DNA of 64,000 nucleotides. It comes from Chloroflexota bacterium (GTDB lineage: Bacteria; Chloroflexota; Dehalococcoidia; Lucifugimonadales; UBA3495). Shown here piece after piece: positions 48,765-58,908 of this stretch (positions are counted from its first letter, which is position 1; the number at the start of each line of letters is the position of its first letter). The notes under the pieces are model-generated. The model made no database searches and had not been told where the DNA came from. It saw only the letters and a program-made list of their open reading frames with translations. Made by a program: the position numbers and the translations under genes. The stretch covers positions 12,746 to 76,745 of the forward strand of contig JAQBVF010000019.1 in NCBI GenBank assembly GCA_027623675.1, read 5' to 3'.

Positions 48765-50061
48765 CGTCAGCGGTTCAAATCGGGCATCAGACTTGGAGTC
48801 TGGAGTTGGTCCCAAGGCCGAGGGCCACCTGCCCACGCTCATCGCGTCGTTCCTGCATTTCGACCTGAGCTTCATGATCTGGGTGCTGCTGGGGGCATTG
48901 GGCATCTACATCGCCGACAGCGCCGGGTTGACGCCCGGACAGAAGGGCTTAATGGTCGCCGTGCCCATACTAAGCGGCTCGTTGCTGCGCATACCGCTTG
49001 GTCTACTCAGCGACCGTATCGGCGGCAAACGCACCGGCATCGCATTACTGGCCTTCCTCTTCATCCCGTTAACTCTGGGTTGGCAGTCTGGCGATAACCT
49101 GCCGAGCGTGCTGATCGTAGGGTTGCTGCTGGGCACGGCCGGGGCGTCATTCGCGGTCGCTTTGCCGCTGGCCAGCCGGTGGTATCCCAAGGAGCGTCAG
49201 GGCCTGATCCTGGGCATCGCCGCCGCCGGCAACAGCGGTTCGGTGCTGTCCAACCTGGTGGCGCCACGGTTGGCCGAAGCGGTGGGTTGGCACAACGTTT
49301 TGGCCTTGGCGATGGTGCCCCTGGCCGTTGTGCTGACCGCGTTCCTGCTGATGGCCAAAGACAAGCCAGGTCCGAGGAGCAAGGCCGGGACCGGCCAATA
49401 TCTGGCGGCGCTGAAACAACCAGACCTATGGTGGCTGTGCCTGCTTTACGGAGTGACATTTGGCGGATACGTGGGGCTGAGCAGCTTCCTGCCAATATTC
49501 TTCCGAGACCAATACGGGGTTAGCGCGGTGCAAGCTGGTTATCTCACCGCCATCGCCGCCACCGTGGGAAGCGCGGTCCGCCCCCTGGGCGGCTATCTGG
49601 GAGACCGGTTCGGCGGCGTTAACGCTCTGTCGGTCCTTCTACTGATCATCGCCGGGTTCTACGCTTCGGCCAGCCTGCTCCCGACGCTCGGTCCGGCGGT
49701 GCTGCTGATCGTGATCGGCATGGCTTGTTTAGGTCTGGGCAACGGCGCCGTATTCCAACTCGTGCCCGGCCGGTTCCCAACTGAGATCGGTGTTGCCACC
49801 GGCGTGGTCGGCGCACTGGGCGGGCTCGGGGGATTCGCTCTTCCCATCCTGCTTGGCAACGCAAGAGAGGCCACGGGTTCTTTCGGCCCGGGACTCTTGG
49901 TCCTGGCGGGGCTGGCGATCGGTGTTGTATCGATATTAAGAGTCCTGGCCGGCTCCCGGGAGGGGTGGCGCAGGTCGTGGCAGGAACCTAGATCTCCCGA
50001 AGAACTGGACCTTTCTCCGGTGTCGGACCGCGTGCCGATGACGCCGTCCCTACGGTCTTAA
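48754..50061 (+). CDS. narK: nitrate/nitrite MFS transporter (NarK/NasA type)
   Basis: SFLHFDLSFMIW, GASFAVALPLASRWYP, GNSG, TFGGYVG, GLGNGAVFQLVP. Confidence 0.92.
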   Translation: MRSSVSGSNRASDLESGVGPKAEGHLPTLIASFLHFDLSFMIWVLLGALGIYIADSAGLTPGQKGLMVAVPILSGSLLRIPLGLLSDRIGGKRTGIALLAFLFIPLTLGWQSGDNLPSVLIVGLLLGTAGASFAVALPLASRWYPKERQGLILGIAAAGNSGSVLSNLVAPRLAEAVGWHNVLALAMVPLAVVLTAFLLMAKDKPGPRSKAGTGQYLAALKQPDLWWLCLLYGVTFGGYVGLSSFLPIFFRDQYGVSAVQAGYLTAIAATVGSAVRPLGGYLGDRFGGVNALSVLLLIIAGFYASASLLPTLGPAVLLIVIGMACLGLGNGAVFQLVPGRFPTEIGVATGVVGALGGLGGFALPILLGNAREATGSFGPGLLVLAGLAIGVVSILRVLAGSREGWRRSWQEPRSPEELDLSPVSDRVPMTPSLRS

Positions 50062-50112
50062 GAAAGACTCTTCCCATTAGATTCTCCGCGTGAGATTCAC
50101 CGAGGAAACCTG

Positions 50113-51675
50113 ATGAAAACAGGCACCAACCCCATCGAACGTCACAAAGCCGAGAAAGACGGCCTGGACATCCTGACTGAGATCGAGGAACTGGCCGCCC
50201 ACCACGGCGGCTGGGAGACGCTGGAACCGGGAGACCGGGAGCGTCTCAAGTGGATCGGCACATTCTTCCGCAAGCCCACGCCCGGCCGGTTCATGATGCG
50301 CATACGCATCACCAACGGACAGGCGACGTCGCGCCAGTTACGCGCCCTAGCCGAGGCCGCCCGCCGTCTGGGCAACGATACCTTGGACCTGACGACCCGG
50401 CAGCAGATACAACTTAGGGCGATCCAGATAAAAGATGTGCCCGAGATATTGGAGGCCCTGCGCGGGGTTGACCTCACGTCGCTCCAAACCGGGCTGGACA
50501 ACGTGCGGAACGTTAACTGCTGCCCTCTGGCCGGACTGACCGGCGCCGAACTGTTCGACGCTTCGCCGGTGGGCTTCGAGTACACGGACTCTTTCCTCAA
50601 CAATAAGGAATTCAGCAACCTGCCCCGCAAGTTCAACGTGACCATCACCGGCTGTTTGGAGAACTGCACGCACAGCGAGACCCAAGACCTGGGCATGACA
50701 CCGGCGGTGCGGCGGTCCGACGGCGTTTCCGGATTCAACGTGACCGTGGGCGGAAAGATGGGATCGGGCGGGATGACGGTGGCCCAGCCGCTGGACGCGT
50801 TCGTCGAACAATCGGAGGCGGCGCGTCTGGCGGCTGCGATCACCCGGCTCTTTCGTGACGAAGGGTCGAGGGAGCAGAGGACCAGGAACAGGCTGGCCTT
50901 CCTGATCCAAGACTGGGGTATTGGCCGGTTCAGGTCTGAATTGGAAATGCGGTGGGGAAAGCCGCTGGAAGAGGCCCAGGAGGATGCCAGGACCACCGCC
51001 GGCACGGACCACCTTGGAGTGCAGGCACAGAGGGCCCCGGGTTTAAGCTCCGTGGGGCTATCGGTCCCAACCGGACGGGTGACCAGCAGCGACCTAGACG
51101 GTCTGGCCCGCCTGGCCGACAGCTACGGCAACGGCGAGCTGCGCCTGACCACCGGCCAGAACATCATCCTGGCCAACGTCGCCGATGCCGGTCTACCGGC
51201 CCTGCTCTCCGAGCCGCTCCTAAAAGTATTCTCGCCAAACGCCCATCCGTTTCTCAGAGGTCTCGTCACCTGCACCGGGAAAGACTACTGCAATCTGGCG
51301 CTGGTCGAGACCAAGACCATCAGCCTGGGCCTGTCGGAGCGCTTGGCGCAACGTTTCCCCCTGGCGGGTACAACGTCCATCAACTGGTCCGGGTGTCCGG
51401 CCGGTTGCGGCAACCACCACGCGGCCGACATCGGCTTTCAGGGCGCCAAGGCCCGGATCAACGGCGAGATCGTGGATGCCGTCAGCATCTTCGTCGGCGG
51501 GCGGACAGGCCCTGACGCCAGGCCCGGAGAGAAGATCATGGAGTTGGTTCCGGTGTCCCTGCTGGAAGACGTGGTCCCGGTGATCCTCAGCAACCTGGAC
51601 ACTTTGCGCAGCCTGCATCGGGACAGCGAGGCGGAATCGCGGGTAGTCATGGTCCCGGCCATGCCGGTCATCTAA
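50113..51675 (+). CDS. nirA: ferredoxin-nitrite reductase
   Basis: TTRQQIQ, DNVRNV, NLPRKFN, siroheme/4Fe-4S motifs CTGKDYC and SGCPAGCG. Confidence 0.9.
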   Translation: MKTGTNPIERHKAEKDGLDILTEIEELAAHHGGWETLEPGDRERLKWIGTFFRKPTPGRFMMRIRITNGQATSRQLRALAEAARRLGNDTLDLTTRQQIQLRAIQIKDVPEILEALRGVDLTSLQTGLDNVRNVNCCPLAGLTGAELFDASPVGFEYTDSFLNNKEFSNLPRKFNVTITGCLENCTHSETQDLGMTPAVRRSDGVSGFNVTVGGKMGSGGMTVAQPLDAFVEQSEAARLAAAITRLFRDEGSREQRTRNRLAFLIQDWGIGRFRSELEMRWGKPLEEAQEDARTTAGTDHLGVQAQRAPGLSSVGLSVPTGRVTSSDLDGLARLADSYGNGELRLTTGQNIILANVADAGLPALLSEPLLKVFSPNAHPFLRGLVTCTGKDYCNLALVETKTISLGLSERLAQRFPLAGTTSINWSGCPAGCGNHHAADIGFQGAKARINGEIVDAVSIFVGGRTGPDARPGEKIMELVPVSLLEDVVPVILSNLDTLRSLHRDSEAESRVVMVPAMPVI

Positions 51676-51766
51676 AAATGATCCACTAGAGATAATCTGC
51701 CACGAAAAACGGCGATAATCGCAAATGGGGAATCATCACGAGGATTAATCAAGGAGGGATTCAATC

Positions 51767-52084
51767 ATGAAAATGGTCCGAGCAATCATCAGGCCCGACA
51801 AGGAAGCCGAGGTGGCTTCCGCGCTGGCCAAGGCCAATTTCCCGGCCTTGACCAAATGGGACGTGCTGGGGCGCGGCAAACAGCAGGGCGTACAGGTGGG
51901 CGGCCAGGTCTATGACGAGCTGTCCAAGTCCATGGTGCTGGTCGTGGTGGAAGATGACCAAGTAGACTCGGTGCGCCAGACCATCGAGGATGCGGCTTTC
52001 ACCAGCCACCCGGGCGACGGCAAGATCTTCGTGACCTCGGTGGATTCGGCCCACACCATCCGCACCGGGCAGGCCGGAATCTAG
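51767..52084 (+). CDS. PII family protein, NifI1-like
   Basis: MKMVRAIIRP..FPALTKWDVLGRGKQQG..YDELSK..GDGKIFV..TIRTG; short T-loop. Confidence 0.9.
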   Translation: MKMVRAIIRPDKEAEVASALAKANFPALTKWDVLGRGKQQGVQVGGQVYDELSKSMVLVVVEDDQVDSVRQTIEDAAFTSHPGDGKIFVTSVDSAHTIRTGQAGI

Positions 52085-52176
52085 GAGCCCGGCGGGCCAG
52101 ACTTGATCCGCGCACCCAAACTACGGGCTCAGGCACGGGCACAACCAAGTCTTACCCTCGGGTATAAATCCCGGGT

Positions 52177-52806
52177 TCAAACAACGTAGCTGGAAACGTG
52201 TTCCCAGCGCAGGTCGGCAGCCCAGCCGCCCTGGCCCCAGTCATCGCCGGCGGCTTCTGAGTGGTAGCGCAGCAGCTCCAGCCGCCAGGCCCGGGCCACC
52301 GTCGGCACGCCCACGTCGATCGCCACGCCTTTGGCAAATTCTAAGGCATCGGCCATGACCGTCGGCGGCAGCGACGCATGCTCCATGAGATGGATCTTGG
52401 GATGGAATCCGTCAGGCTCCGGCGGTCGCTCTGCGCCCGGCAATTCCCCAAGCAGATTGATGGCATCGCGATGGAGGGCCATTAGAGGGTGATTGGGGTT
52501 GGAAGCATCAAAGTCCAGATAGACTTCGCTGCCAGCGCCAGACCCGTTGCCGGTGGCCACGCCACGGCAATTGTTCGAGAAATGGGGACTGCGCTTCCGG
52601 CTGTCATCCGCCAGACGGGCCGTACCGTGGGCCAGCAGATCCAACACGGAGTCGGAGCACGGGAAATAGCCGACCACGCTCAGGCGCAGCATCTGCATCT
52701 CCGCCGCCCATGACGCGTACTGCCCGCAGATGATATTCCTAACGCGGTAGGCCCGCGCGGTGAACGCAGGCTCCATGACCAATTCGATGCCAAACCTTGT
52801 GGACAC
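52177..52806 (-). CDS. hypothetical protein, possibly degenerate 2H-phosphoesterase fold
   Basis: AGGAGGA RBS + GTG; FHPKIHL resembles the HxT/S motif region. Confidence 0.55.
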   Translation of the reverse strand: MSTRFGIELVMEPAFTARAYRVRNIICGQYASWAAEMQMLRLSVVGYFPCSDSVLDLLAHGTARLADDSRKRSPHFSNNCRGVATGNGSGAGSEVYLDFDASNPNHPLMALHRDAINLLGELPGAERPPEPDGFHPKIHLMEHASLPPTVMADALEFAKGVAIDVGVPTVARAWRLELLRYHSEAAGDDWGQGGWAADLRWEHVSSYVV

Positions 52807-52909
52807 TGCTTCCTCCTCACACTGGGACTCGGGAACCGCCCGCTGCAAGTCCCGCACACCGCCCCGGCCGGGTCAGGCCGGCGGCAGTTTCGATTTACTC
52901 TTACTATGA

Positions 52910-53449
52910 TCAGACTAAGGACAGGCGGTCCGCCAACGCAGCCAGGCCCGGCACTTCAAACTCCGGTTGGGAGCCGTCGGCGTCGACAAAGGGTATGCCG
53001 TAGCGGTTGACATAGGCCCCGGCCAGGCCCGCCGCCCTGGGCCCCGCGGATATCCCAGGCGTGGGCCGCCACGTGGAGCACCTGCCCGCTGGGACGGCCA
53101 AGCTCCTTGACCGCGTGTTTGTACACCCCGGAGTGGGGCTTCTAGTAGCCTGCCTGCTCGGCCGAGATCGCCCGGTGGACCGGGATGCCCAGTCCATTCA
53201 CGGCCCGTTCCAACGACACCAGGTCGCCGTTGGAGAGTACCGACATATCGTACTTGCCTTGCAGACGCGTCAGGTGCTCTTTGACGTCGGGGAACAGGGC
53301 CGGTGTCGCCTTGGTGCTCACCAGTTGCTCCACGTCATCCATGTTGTGGTCGATCTTGAGCTTGTGGAAAAGCTGGCTTCCAGGTCCATCAGGGTGCCGT
53401 ACAGGTCAAAGGTGATGGCGCTCACCGGTTCCAGGGGTAATTTCTGCAT
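52910..53449 (-). pseudogene. HAD-family type II haloacid dehalogenase pseudogene
   Basis: FDLYGTL motif I, then internal deletion/frameshift near 53365; LSNG; GY*KP (TAG 53142-53144); HVAAHAWD then a second frameshift. Confidence 0.85.
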
Positions 53450-53545
53450 CGGCCCTGCCTAGAAAAGTTTAGGATCCGCCTTGATTAGAGTCAACGGAAG
53501 AGTCAACAGACCAGTTGGCTCTTATCCGGCAAGCATGAGATTCCG

Positions 53546-53926
53546 TTAGCGGATAGCCCGGTCCGCAATCACCACGGTTAGGGCGATGAATGCCACCAGC
53601 CCCACGAGGGCTATGATGATTATCCACTGGGGCAGGGGCGTCGACGGCCGGTCTGTCTGGCCGTCCCCGTCCCACCCACGTTCCCGTTCCAGTATCTCTT
53701 TGGGCGGAACCTCCAGCACTTCCCTGGCCCGCATCACGTCCTCCTCGTAGACCAGCAGGTCGTGGGGCAGATTGTAGCTCGACCCCCAGAGGCCGGGGCC
53801 GCCGCGCAGGGAACGGACCAAACACGGGATGCCCTCCAGTTGCAGGCGCTGCTCCGCCATTCTGGCCGTGGGCTCGTTGTCGAAAACCGTCAGACTGATC
53901 TGTTTACCGGGCTGGTCGCGAGACAT
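53546..53926 (-). CDS. DUF2007-like small membrane protein
   Basis: EPTARMAEQRLQLEGIPC..LLVYEEDVMRAREVL; C-terminal TM. Confidence 0.75.
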   Translation of the reverse strand: MSRDQPGKQISLTVFDNEPTARMAEQRLQLEGIPCLVRSLRGGPGLWGSSYNLPHDLLVYEEDVMRAREVLEVPPKEILERERGWDGDGQTDRPSTPLPQWIIIIALVGLVAFIALTVVIADRAIR

Positions 53927-54048
53927 GCTGCCATTATAGTCGTTGAGATTGCGCGTTGTTTGCCGTATCTAGCCGATGGCGTCCGTAGGCGTAGATATGG
54001 GGTGCCTCCGTGACTAAGAAATGATATACTGTCGTCGCGCGCGGTTAG

Positions 54049-54135
54049 GCCGAGGTGGTGGAACTGGTAGACACGCGGTCTTGAGGGGGCCGTGGGCGAA
54101 AGCCTGTGTGGGTTCAAATCCCGCCCTCGGCACCA
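54049..54135 (+). tRNA. tRNA-Leu (GAG)
   Basis: GCCGAGG/CCTCGGC-A-CCA; anticodon loop TT-GAG-GG; variable arm. Confidence 0.97.
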
Positions 54136-54178
54136 CAACTGAAAGTCGGCCGGCAAACGCCGAACGTGTAGCGCACGG

Positions 54179-54254
54179 GGCGACGTAGCCAAGTGGTTAA
54201 GGCGGAGGTCTGCAAAACCTCTATTCGGCGGTTCGAATCCGCCCGTCGCCTCCA
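54179..54254 (+). tRNA. tRNA-Cys (GCA)
   Basis: GGCGACG/CGTCGCC-T-CCA; GAGGT-CTGCAAA-ACCTC. Confidence 0.97.
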
Positions 54255-54363
54255 TTCCCCCTTCGAAGACCAACCTCCCCTCATCCTCCGGTTCCTTTTA
54301 GACAGCGGACCACTTAACATCCAACCACCCAGGGGGTTATGCTCGTGTAGCCCCAGCCCAAAT

Positions 54364-54449
54364 GCCGGGATGGCGGAATGGCAGACGCGGCGGACTTAAA
54401 ATCCGCTACCTTAACGGGTGTGTGGGTTCGAGTCCCTCTCCCGGCACCA
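54364..54449 (+). tRNA. tRNA-Leu (TAA)
   Basis: GCCGGGA/TCCCGGC-A-CCA; GCGGA-CTTAAAA-TCCGC. Confidence 0.97.
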
Positions 54450-54468
54450 ATATACTCTGAGCGCAAAG

Positions 54469-54504
54469 AAGACCCCTGATATGCATCAGGGGTCTTTTGA
54501 TTTT
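54469..54504 (+). terminator. terminator after tRNA cluster (likely bidirectional)
   Basis: AAGACCCCTGAT-atgc-ATCAGGGGTCTT followed by T tract. Confidence 0.8.
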
Positions 54505-54521
54505 GGTTGGGGATTTCCCCG

Positions 54522-54728
54522 CTATTTCAAGTCTGAGGTGTCGTCGGAGTGGCTGCCTCTCAGGGCGCAATGGCCGCAGACCCGGCAGACCGGATGCAGG
54601 TTATTGTACTGAGGGTGCCGCTGCTTGCAGAACCCGGCGGAGTCGTCCTTGCAGCGTGGGCATCCCTCGCAAAAGCGCCCGCCAGTGCCTTGGGAGCGCT
54701 GTGTTTCTCTATCTGTGACTGTAACCAT
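54522..54728 (-). CDS. small Cys/His-rich putative metal-binding protein
   Basis: CEGCPRC...C...H...HPVCRVCGHC; converges on the tRNA terminator. Confidence 0.5.
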   Translation of the reverse strand: MVTVTDRETQRSQGTGGRFCEGCPRCKDDSAGFCKQRHPQYNNLHPVCRVCGHCALRGSHSDDTSDLK

Positions 54729-54951
54729 CTATGAACCTGCCAGCGGTAGTGGAAGTGTCTATATCGTAGCCGATTTGCCGGAGAATATCACAAGTTAAAC
54801 CGCGGGGCACCAACTTGGCAGCCCTCTCTAGGGAATCTCACGCGGGTGCCCGGCCTGAACCCTGCTCCCGCTAGCGCCGACCTTCCCACTGGGCCGGTCA
54901 CTGCCAGCCGACCCTCGGCAGCTCCCACTCCCGCAATGCCCCAGCCACGGC

Positions 54952-55284
54952 TTAGTCGGAAAGTATCACGTACACGGCGGCCGACGGAGTGAGGTCGAGG
55001 TGGGCGTGGCCCTTTCCCGTGGTGTCTTCCATAAGCCGAACGTCACCGGCCCGGAGCACCTGTTTGGAGCCGTCACTGGCCGTGATCTGGACTTCTCCGG
55101 ATAGATGAATTATCAGCCGGCGCTCGGGCAGCGGGTGGAAGTCCATATCTCTGGAACCGTCGAACTCCTGCAGCTTGACCTCGCTCAGGTTGGTCAGCGC
55201 ACCCAGCTCCGGCCGGTCCTCCAACCGCAATTCCTCGATATGACTCTCGCCGTCGCCGCTGGTAAAAACTCGGTACATCCCCAT
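54952..55284 (-). CDS. cupin-domain protein
   Basis: DGESHIEE, DFHPLPERR, GDVRLMEDTTGKGH. Confidence 0.85.
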   Translation of the reverse strand: MGMYRVFTSGDGESHIEELRLEDRPELGALTNLSEVKLQEFDGSRDMDFHPLPERRLIIHLSGEVQITASDGSKQVLRAGDVRLMEDTTGKGHAHLDLTPSAAVYVILSD

Positions 55285-55480
55285 CTGGCATCTCCGCTTA
55301 ACATCTCGGTATCGTGGACGCCGGCCTCCACCGGCCAGCCGGGCTATTATGCCAGATGACGGCGAAGGGGAACCGGATGTTTGGCCCGGATCGCTGGCCC
55401 GCTGAAAATCGCTTCACACTCCCGGAGGCCAAACCTCCCTTGCCCTTGATTGAACGCGCCACTGACTCGACAATAGCTAG

Positions 55481-56938
55481 ATGCGCCTACCAACGATCTG
55501 GACGCTTGCCCTGATGGGGACTGCACTGCTCCTGGCTGCCTGTCAGCAGGGGGATGCTGCGTCGACCCCAGCCACGCCTGTCGCCGCGATCGTTGCAACG
55601 TCGCCACCGGCGCGGACCGGCGTGCCGGCGCCCAAGGAGTCCGCTCCAACCAGGCCGCCGCCCGCCTCGCCGGCAATCACCCCGGCGCTCTCCCTCGTGC
55701 CTACACCGACTCCCGGAGCGCTGCCGGCCCTCACTCCGTACCGGCCGCCTTGGCCTACGCCCACTCCAATGCCGACGGCATCGGCGGCCCCCGGTCCGAC
55801 GGCCACCCCGGCCGTAGAAGCCTGCCGCGTGTCCTACCCGACGCGCATCATCTCCGGCCCCGCCGTGCCCGACGAGCCGCAGGACGGCGACCGGGTGTTC
55901 CGGTCGCTAACTGTGCACCCATCTGATCCCGACACCATATTGCTGGGCACGGAGCGGAACGGCTTCATGTTGAGCAGCGACGGCGGGGCCACCTGGTCGC
56001 GGCAGCGGGCTGGGATGCGCTCGGCAGGTTGGGGCTACGCCGAGATATGGGACATCGATATCGCCGCCGGCAATCCGGAGATCATCATGGCAGCCACGCT
56101 GGGGTCCCCCGGTCCCGCCGCCGGACCCTACGTCGACGGCGGGATCTACCGGAGCAGCGACGGCGGCCAATCTTGGGCCCAGCTGAATTGCGGCTTCGCC
56201 ACCTCGCGGGTGGTGTCCATCCGCATCGACCCGTCGAACCCGGACGTGGCGGTGGCCGGACTGGAAGGTGGTTGGCCGTCGTTCACCGGCGAAGGCGCCG
56301 ACCAATACTTCCCCGGCGGGATCTACCGCACCGAGGACGCCGGCCAGAACTGGAGCCGGGTGTCGGTGCACCCCAACGACGGCAAGAATGGCTACGTGGT
56401 CATGCGCAGGACGAGCGGCAGCCGGCCCCAATTGGTCACATTCGGAGCGAACCGCGATAACGCCAGCGAAAACCTGGGGTTCATGCGCAGCGACGACATG
56501 GGACGCAACTGGGAGTTCTTCGCGCCCGATCTCCGCACCAGGGCCGTCAGGGACTTTGGTCTGTCGGCCGACGGCCAGACGATCTACGTGAACGAGGATG
56601 GCTCGTATTTCGGTTGGGTTTCTAAAGACGCCGGCAAGACCTGGAGCGAGAGTCCCATCCACCAGGTGAACGGGCCCATCGCCGTTTCGCCCGACGACCC
56701 GGATCTGGTGATCTTCGGCTCGCCGGGCGACATCCGCCGGTCCACCAACGGGCTGGATTCGATCACGGTCGTACTAGCGGGCGTGGAGACAATCCGGGAG
56801 ATCGTTTTCTCACCCACCGACCCAAACGTCGTCTACGCCGAGGCCGATGGGTACATCCTCTACCGCAGCGACGACGCCGGCCTCACTTGGCGTCTGCTGG
56901 TCAGGGGAAGGGACGAGGTTTTGAACGCCCAGCCGTAG
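55481..56938 (+). CDS. BNR/Asp-box repeat beta-propeller lipoprotein (VPS10/YCF48-like)
   Basis: Lipobox LLAAC; Pro/Thr linker; repeated SxDxGxTW. Confidence 0.85.
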   Translation: MRLPTIWTLALMGTALLLAACQQGDAASTPATPVAAIVATSPPARTGVPAPKESAPTRPPPASPAITPALSLVPTPTPGALPALTPYRPPWPTPTPMPTASAAPGPTATPAVEACRVSYPTRIISGPAVPDEPQDGDRVFRSLTVHPSDPDTILLGTERNGFMLSSDGGATWSRQRAGMRSAGWGYAEIWDIDIAAGNPEIIMAATLGSPGPAAGPYVDGGIYRSSDGGQSWAQLNCGFATSRVVSIRIDPSNPDVAVAGLEGGWPSFTGEGADQYFPGGIYRTEDAGQNWSRVSVHPNDGKNGYVVMRRTSGSRPQLVTFGANRDNASENLGFMRSDDMGRNWEFFAPDLRTRAVRDFGLSADGQTIYVNEDGSYFGWVSKDAGKTWSESPIHQVNGPIAVSPDDPDLVIFGSPGDIRRSTNGLDSITVVLAGVETIREIVFSPTDPNVVYAEADGYILYRSDDAGLTWRLLVRGRDEVLNAQP

Positions 56939-56998
56939 GGGCCGCAGCCGGGAACAGCACTGTTTACTCCCTTTTGGTTCCAATATAGAATCATAGCC

Positions 56999-57436
56999 AT
57001 GGGTTTTCCCATCAGACACCGACGTTTGACCGACCTCATTAGGCGGGGCCTCTCTGTCGCCCTTATCACTGCGGTGTTTCTGACGTTTCTCGGTCCGGCC
57101 ATGGACCACCACTTCGCCGAACGCCAGCATACCCACACCCACGTCTACCTGACCGGCGAAGCAGCCAGCCAGGGGCATCCCGGTCTGCACCCATTTGAAC
57201 TGTCCCATTCCCACTCCGCCTTTCCCGGGGATGCTGCCGGCCTAGACGGCATCTTGTACCAGACGTCGGACGACGGCGCCGGCAATCTCGGCACCCTAAC
57301 TGTTGCACCGGCCATCATGGGAGGCTTTAATCACTCTCTTTACGGGGGAGATTATCTGTCTCTGGCGATCCCACCCAGCGAAGGCGGCTTGCCCGAAGCC
57401 TTCGTTACTCCTCCCACCCGACCTCCCCGAGCTTAG
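56999..57436 (+). CDS. His-rich hypothetical membrane-anchored protein
   Basis: N-terminal TM; DHHFAERQHTHTH, HSH; C-terminal PPTRPPRA. Confidence 0.7.
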   Translation: MGFPIRHRRLTDLIRRGLSVALITAVFLTFLGPAMDHHFAERQHTHTHVYLTGEAASQGHPGLHPFELSHSHSAFPGDAAGLDGILYQTSDDGAGNLGTLTVAPAIMGGFNHSLYGGDYLSLAIPPSEGGLPEAFVTPPTRPPRA

Positions 57437-57514
57437 CGACTAACCCCACGTTCCTTCCGTCATTCCCTTTTCCGTTGCCGGCCGCTTCAGTCCGATTTCT
57501 GACCCGATCGGGCT

Positions 57515-58123
57515 ATGTCTTTCCGATACGCAGCGGCTGGTGGAAAACGAAATCCCATATCTGTCGTTTGGAGATTGATTCGATTGGCTACAAAGATCTG
57601 TTTGCTTTTGGGCGTCATTTTACTGATGTCCGCTGCGGTGGCGTCACCTCTGCGGGTGGGCCAGGCTTCGGCCAATGGGGCAACCCGCCTCATCATCAAC
57701 GACGTTGAAGAAGGCCCCTACCTGTTTCGGGTCGGCATTCTGCCGGGCAGCCCCAAGGTGGGCAATCTGCACCTGAGCATCCTGATCCAACCTGCCGATG
57801 GAGACGCTCCGATCGACGACGGTCAGATAATCGTCATGGCCACCGGTCCGGAAGACGGAATGACCGCAGGACCGGTGCCGGCGAGCAACTCACCCCTCAG
57901 CCCCCAGGTGTTTTCCGCCGACATCTCCCTGACTGCTCTTGGAGCCTGGAGCATGACGCTGGAGACAACCAGTAAGCTCGGTCCGGCGACCCTGGTGGTG
58001 CCTCTACAGGTCACAGAGGCAGGGGGATTTAACCTGCTGATAGTGGTTGTCGTATTCGTGATAGTTGTGATCGTCGCAGCATTGGGATGGTCACAGGTGC
58101 AACGTAATCGGCGGCCTACCTAA
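57515..58123 (+). CDS. YtkA/FixH-like Ig-fold membrane-anchored protein
   Basis: Signal/TM, PGSPKVGNLHLSI..GAWSMTL, C-terminal TM. Confidence 0.6.
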   Translation: MSFRYAAAGGKRNPISVVWRLIRLATKICLLLGVILLMSAAVASPLRVGQASANGATRLIINDVEEGPYLFRVGILPGSPKVGNLHLSILIQPADGDAPIDDGQIIVMATGPEDGMTAGPVPASNSPLSPQVFSADISLTALGAWSMTLETTSKLGPATLVVPLQVTEAGGFNLLIVVVVFVIVVIVAALGWSQVQRNRRPT

Positions 58124-58142
58124 TATTTAATCGGAGCGCAAA

Positions 58143-58856
58143 ATGAATCTCAAAAAAACAAGATTGATTGCCCTCACGCTATTCGTGGGGATGCTGGCCA
58201 TGGTTGCCGCGGCGGCCTGCGGCAGCGGCAGCGAACCCGAGGATGTTGATATACCGGTGACCATCAAAGACGGCAAGATGAGCCCGGCAACCATCAAAGT
58301 GAAGCAGAACGACACGATCACTCTCAAGATCGACGCCGACGTACCGGGTGAGTTCCACCTCCACACCTACGACATAGAATCCGACATCCACGGTGACGAG
58401 ATTACGGACTTTGTTTTCGTCGCCGACGCCACGGGGCGGTTCCGTATCACCTACCATCCGGCGAGTGAAAAGGTTGGCCACGGCAGTCTTTTCCAGTCTG
58501 AGGAATTGGCCCCAGGTGAAACGTTCACCTACCTGGTCGATGACCATCTCTCTAGTGAAACGGTGCCCTTCCATAGCCACCTGCGCCCGGCGCTGGCTGG
58601 CTCCATCATCGTCTCCCAACCCGCTGGGCAGGTGGCCACCGCCGCGATCGCCTATAACGACGACGAAGTCGAACCCCACGAGGTGATCGTGGGGCCTGGA
58701 ACAGTCATCACCTGGACCAACAACAGCTCGGTCCCACAGACAGTGATCAGCGGCCTCCACGCAGATATGGCGATGGATGGCCACGGAGGAGAGGACGAGC
58801 ACGGCGACGGAGAGACCGAGATCGACCTAGGGTTCATGGAGGTCCAGCCAAGGTAA
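58143..58856 (+). CDS. cupredoxin-like lipoprotein
   Basis: Lipobox AAAC; PATIKVKQNDTITL, EFHLHTYD, VGPGTVITWTN; His/Met-rich tail. Confidence 0.7.
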   Translation: MNLKKTRLIALTLFVGMLAMVAAAACGSGSEPEDVDIPVTIKDGKMSPATIKVKQNDTITLKIDADVPGEFHLHTYDIESDIHGDEITDFVFVADATGRFRITYHPASEKVGHGSLFQSEELAPGETFTYLVDDHLSSETVPFHSHLRPALAGSIIVSQPAGQVATAAIAYNDDEVEPHEVIVGPGTVITWTNNSSVPQTVISGLHADMAMDGHGGEDEHGDGETEIDLGFMEVQPR

Positions 58857-58908
58857 ACGCGACCAACCTAAGCATCGGTTGGTCGTGATCCTTGGGTGGG
58901 AAACCAGA

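Noticed and set aside
53142..53144. In-frame TAG in the HAD gene (with the TAG in the IS110 recombinase) as possible pyrrolysine or amber recoding
   Set aside because: The HAD gene also has a deletion and frameshifts, TAG is a normal stop for many genes here, and no pyl genes are seen
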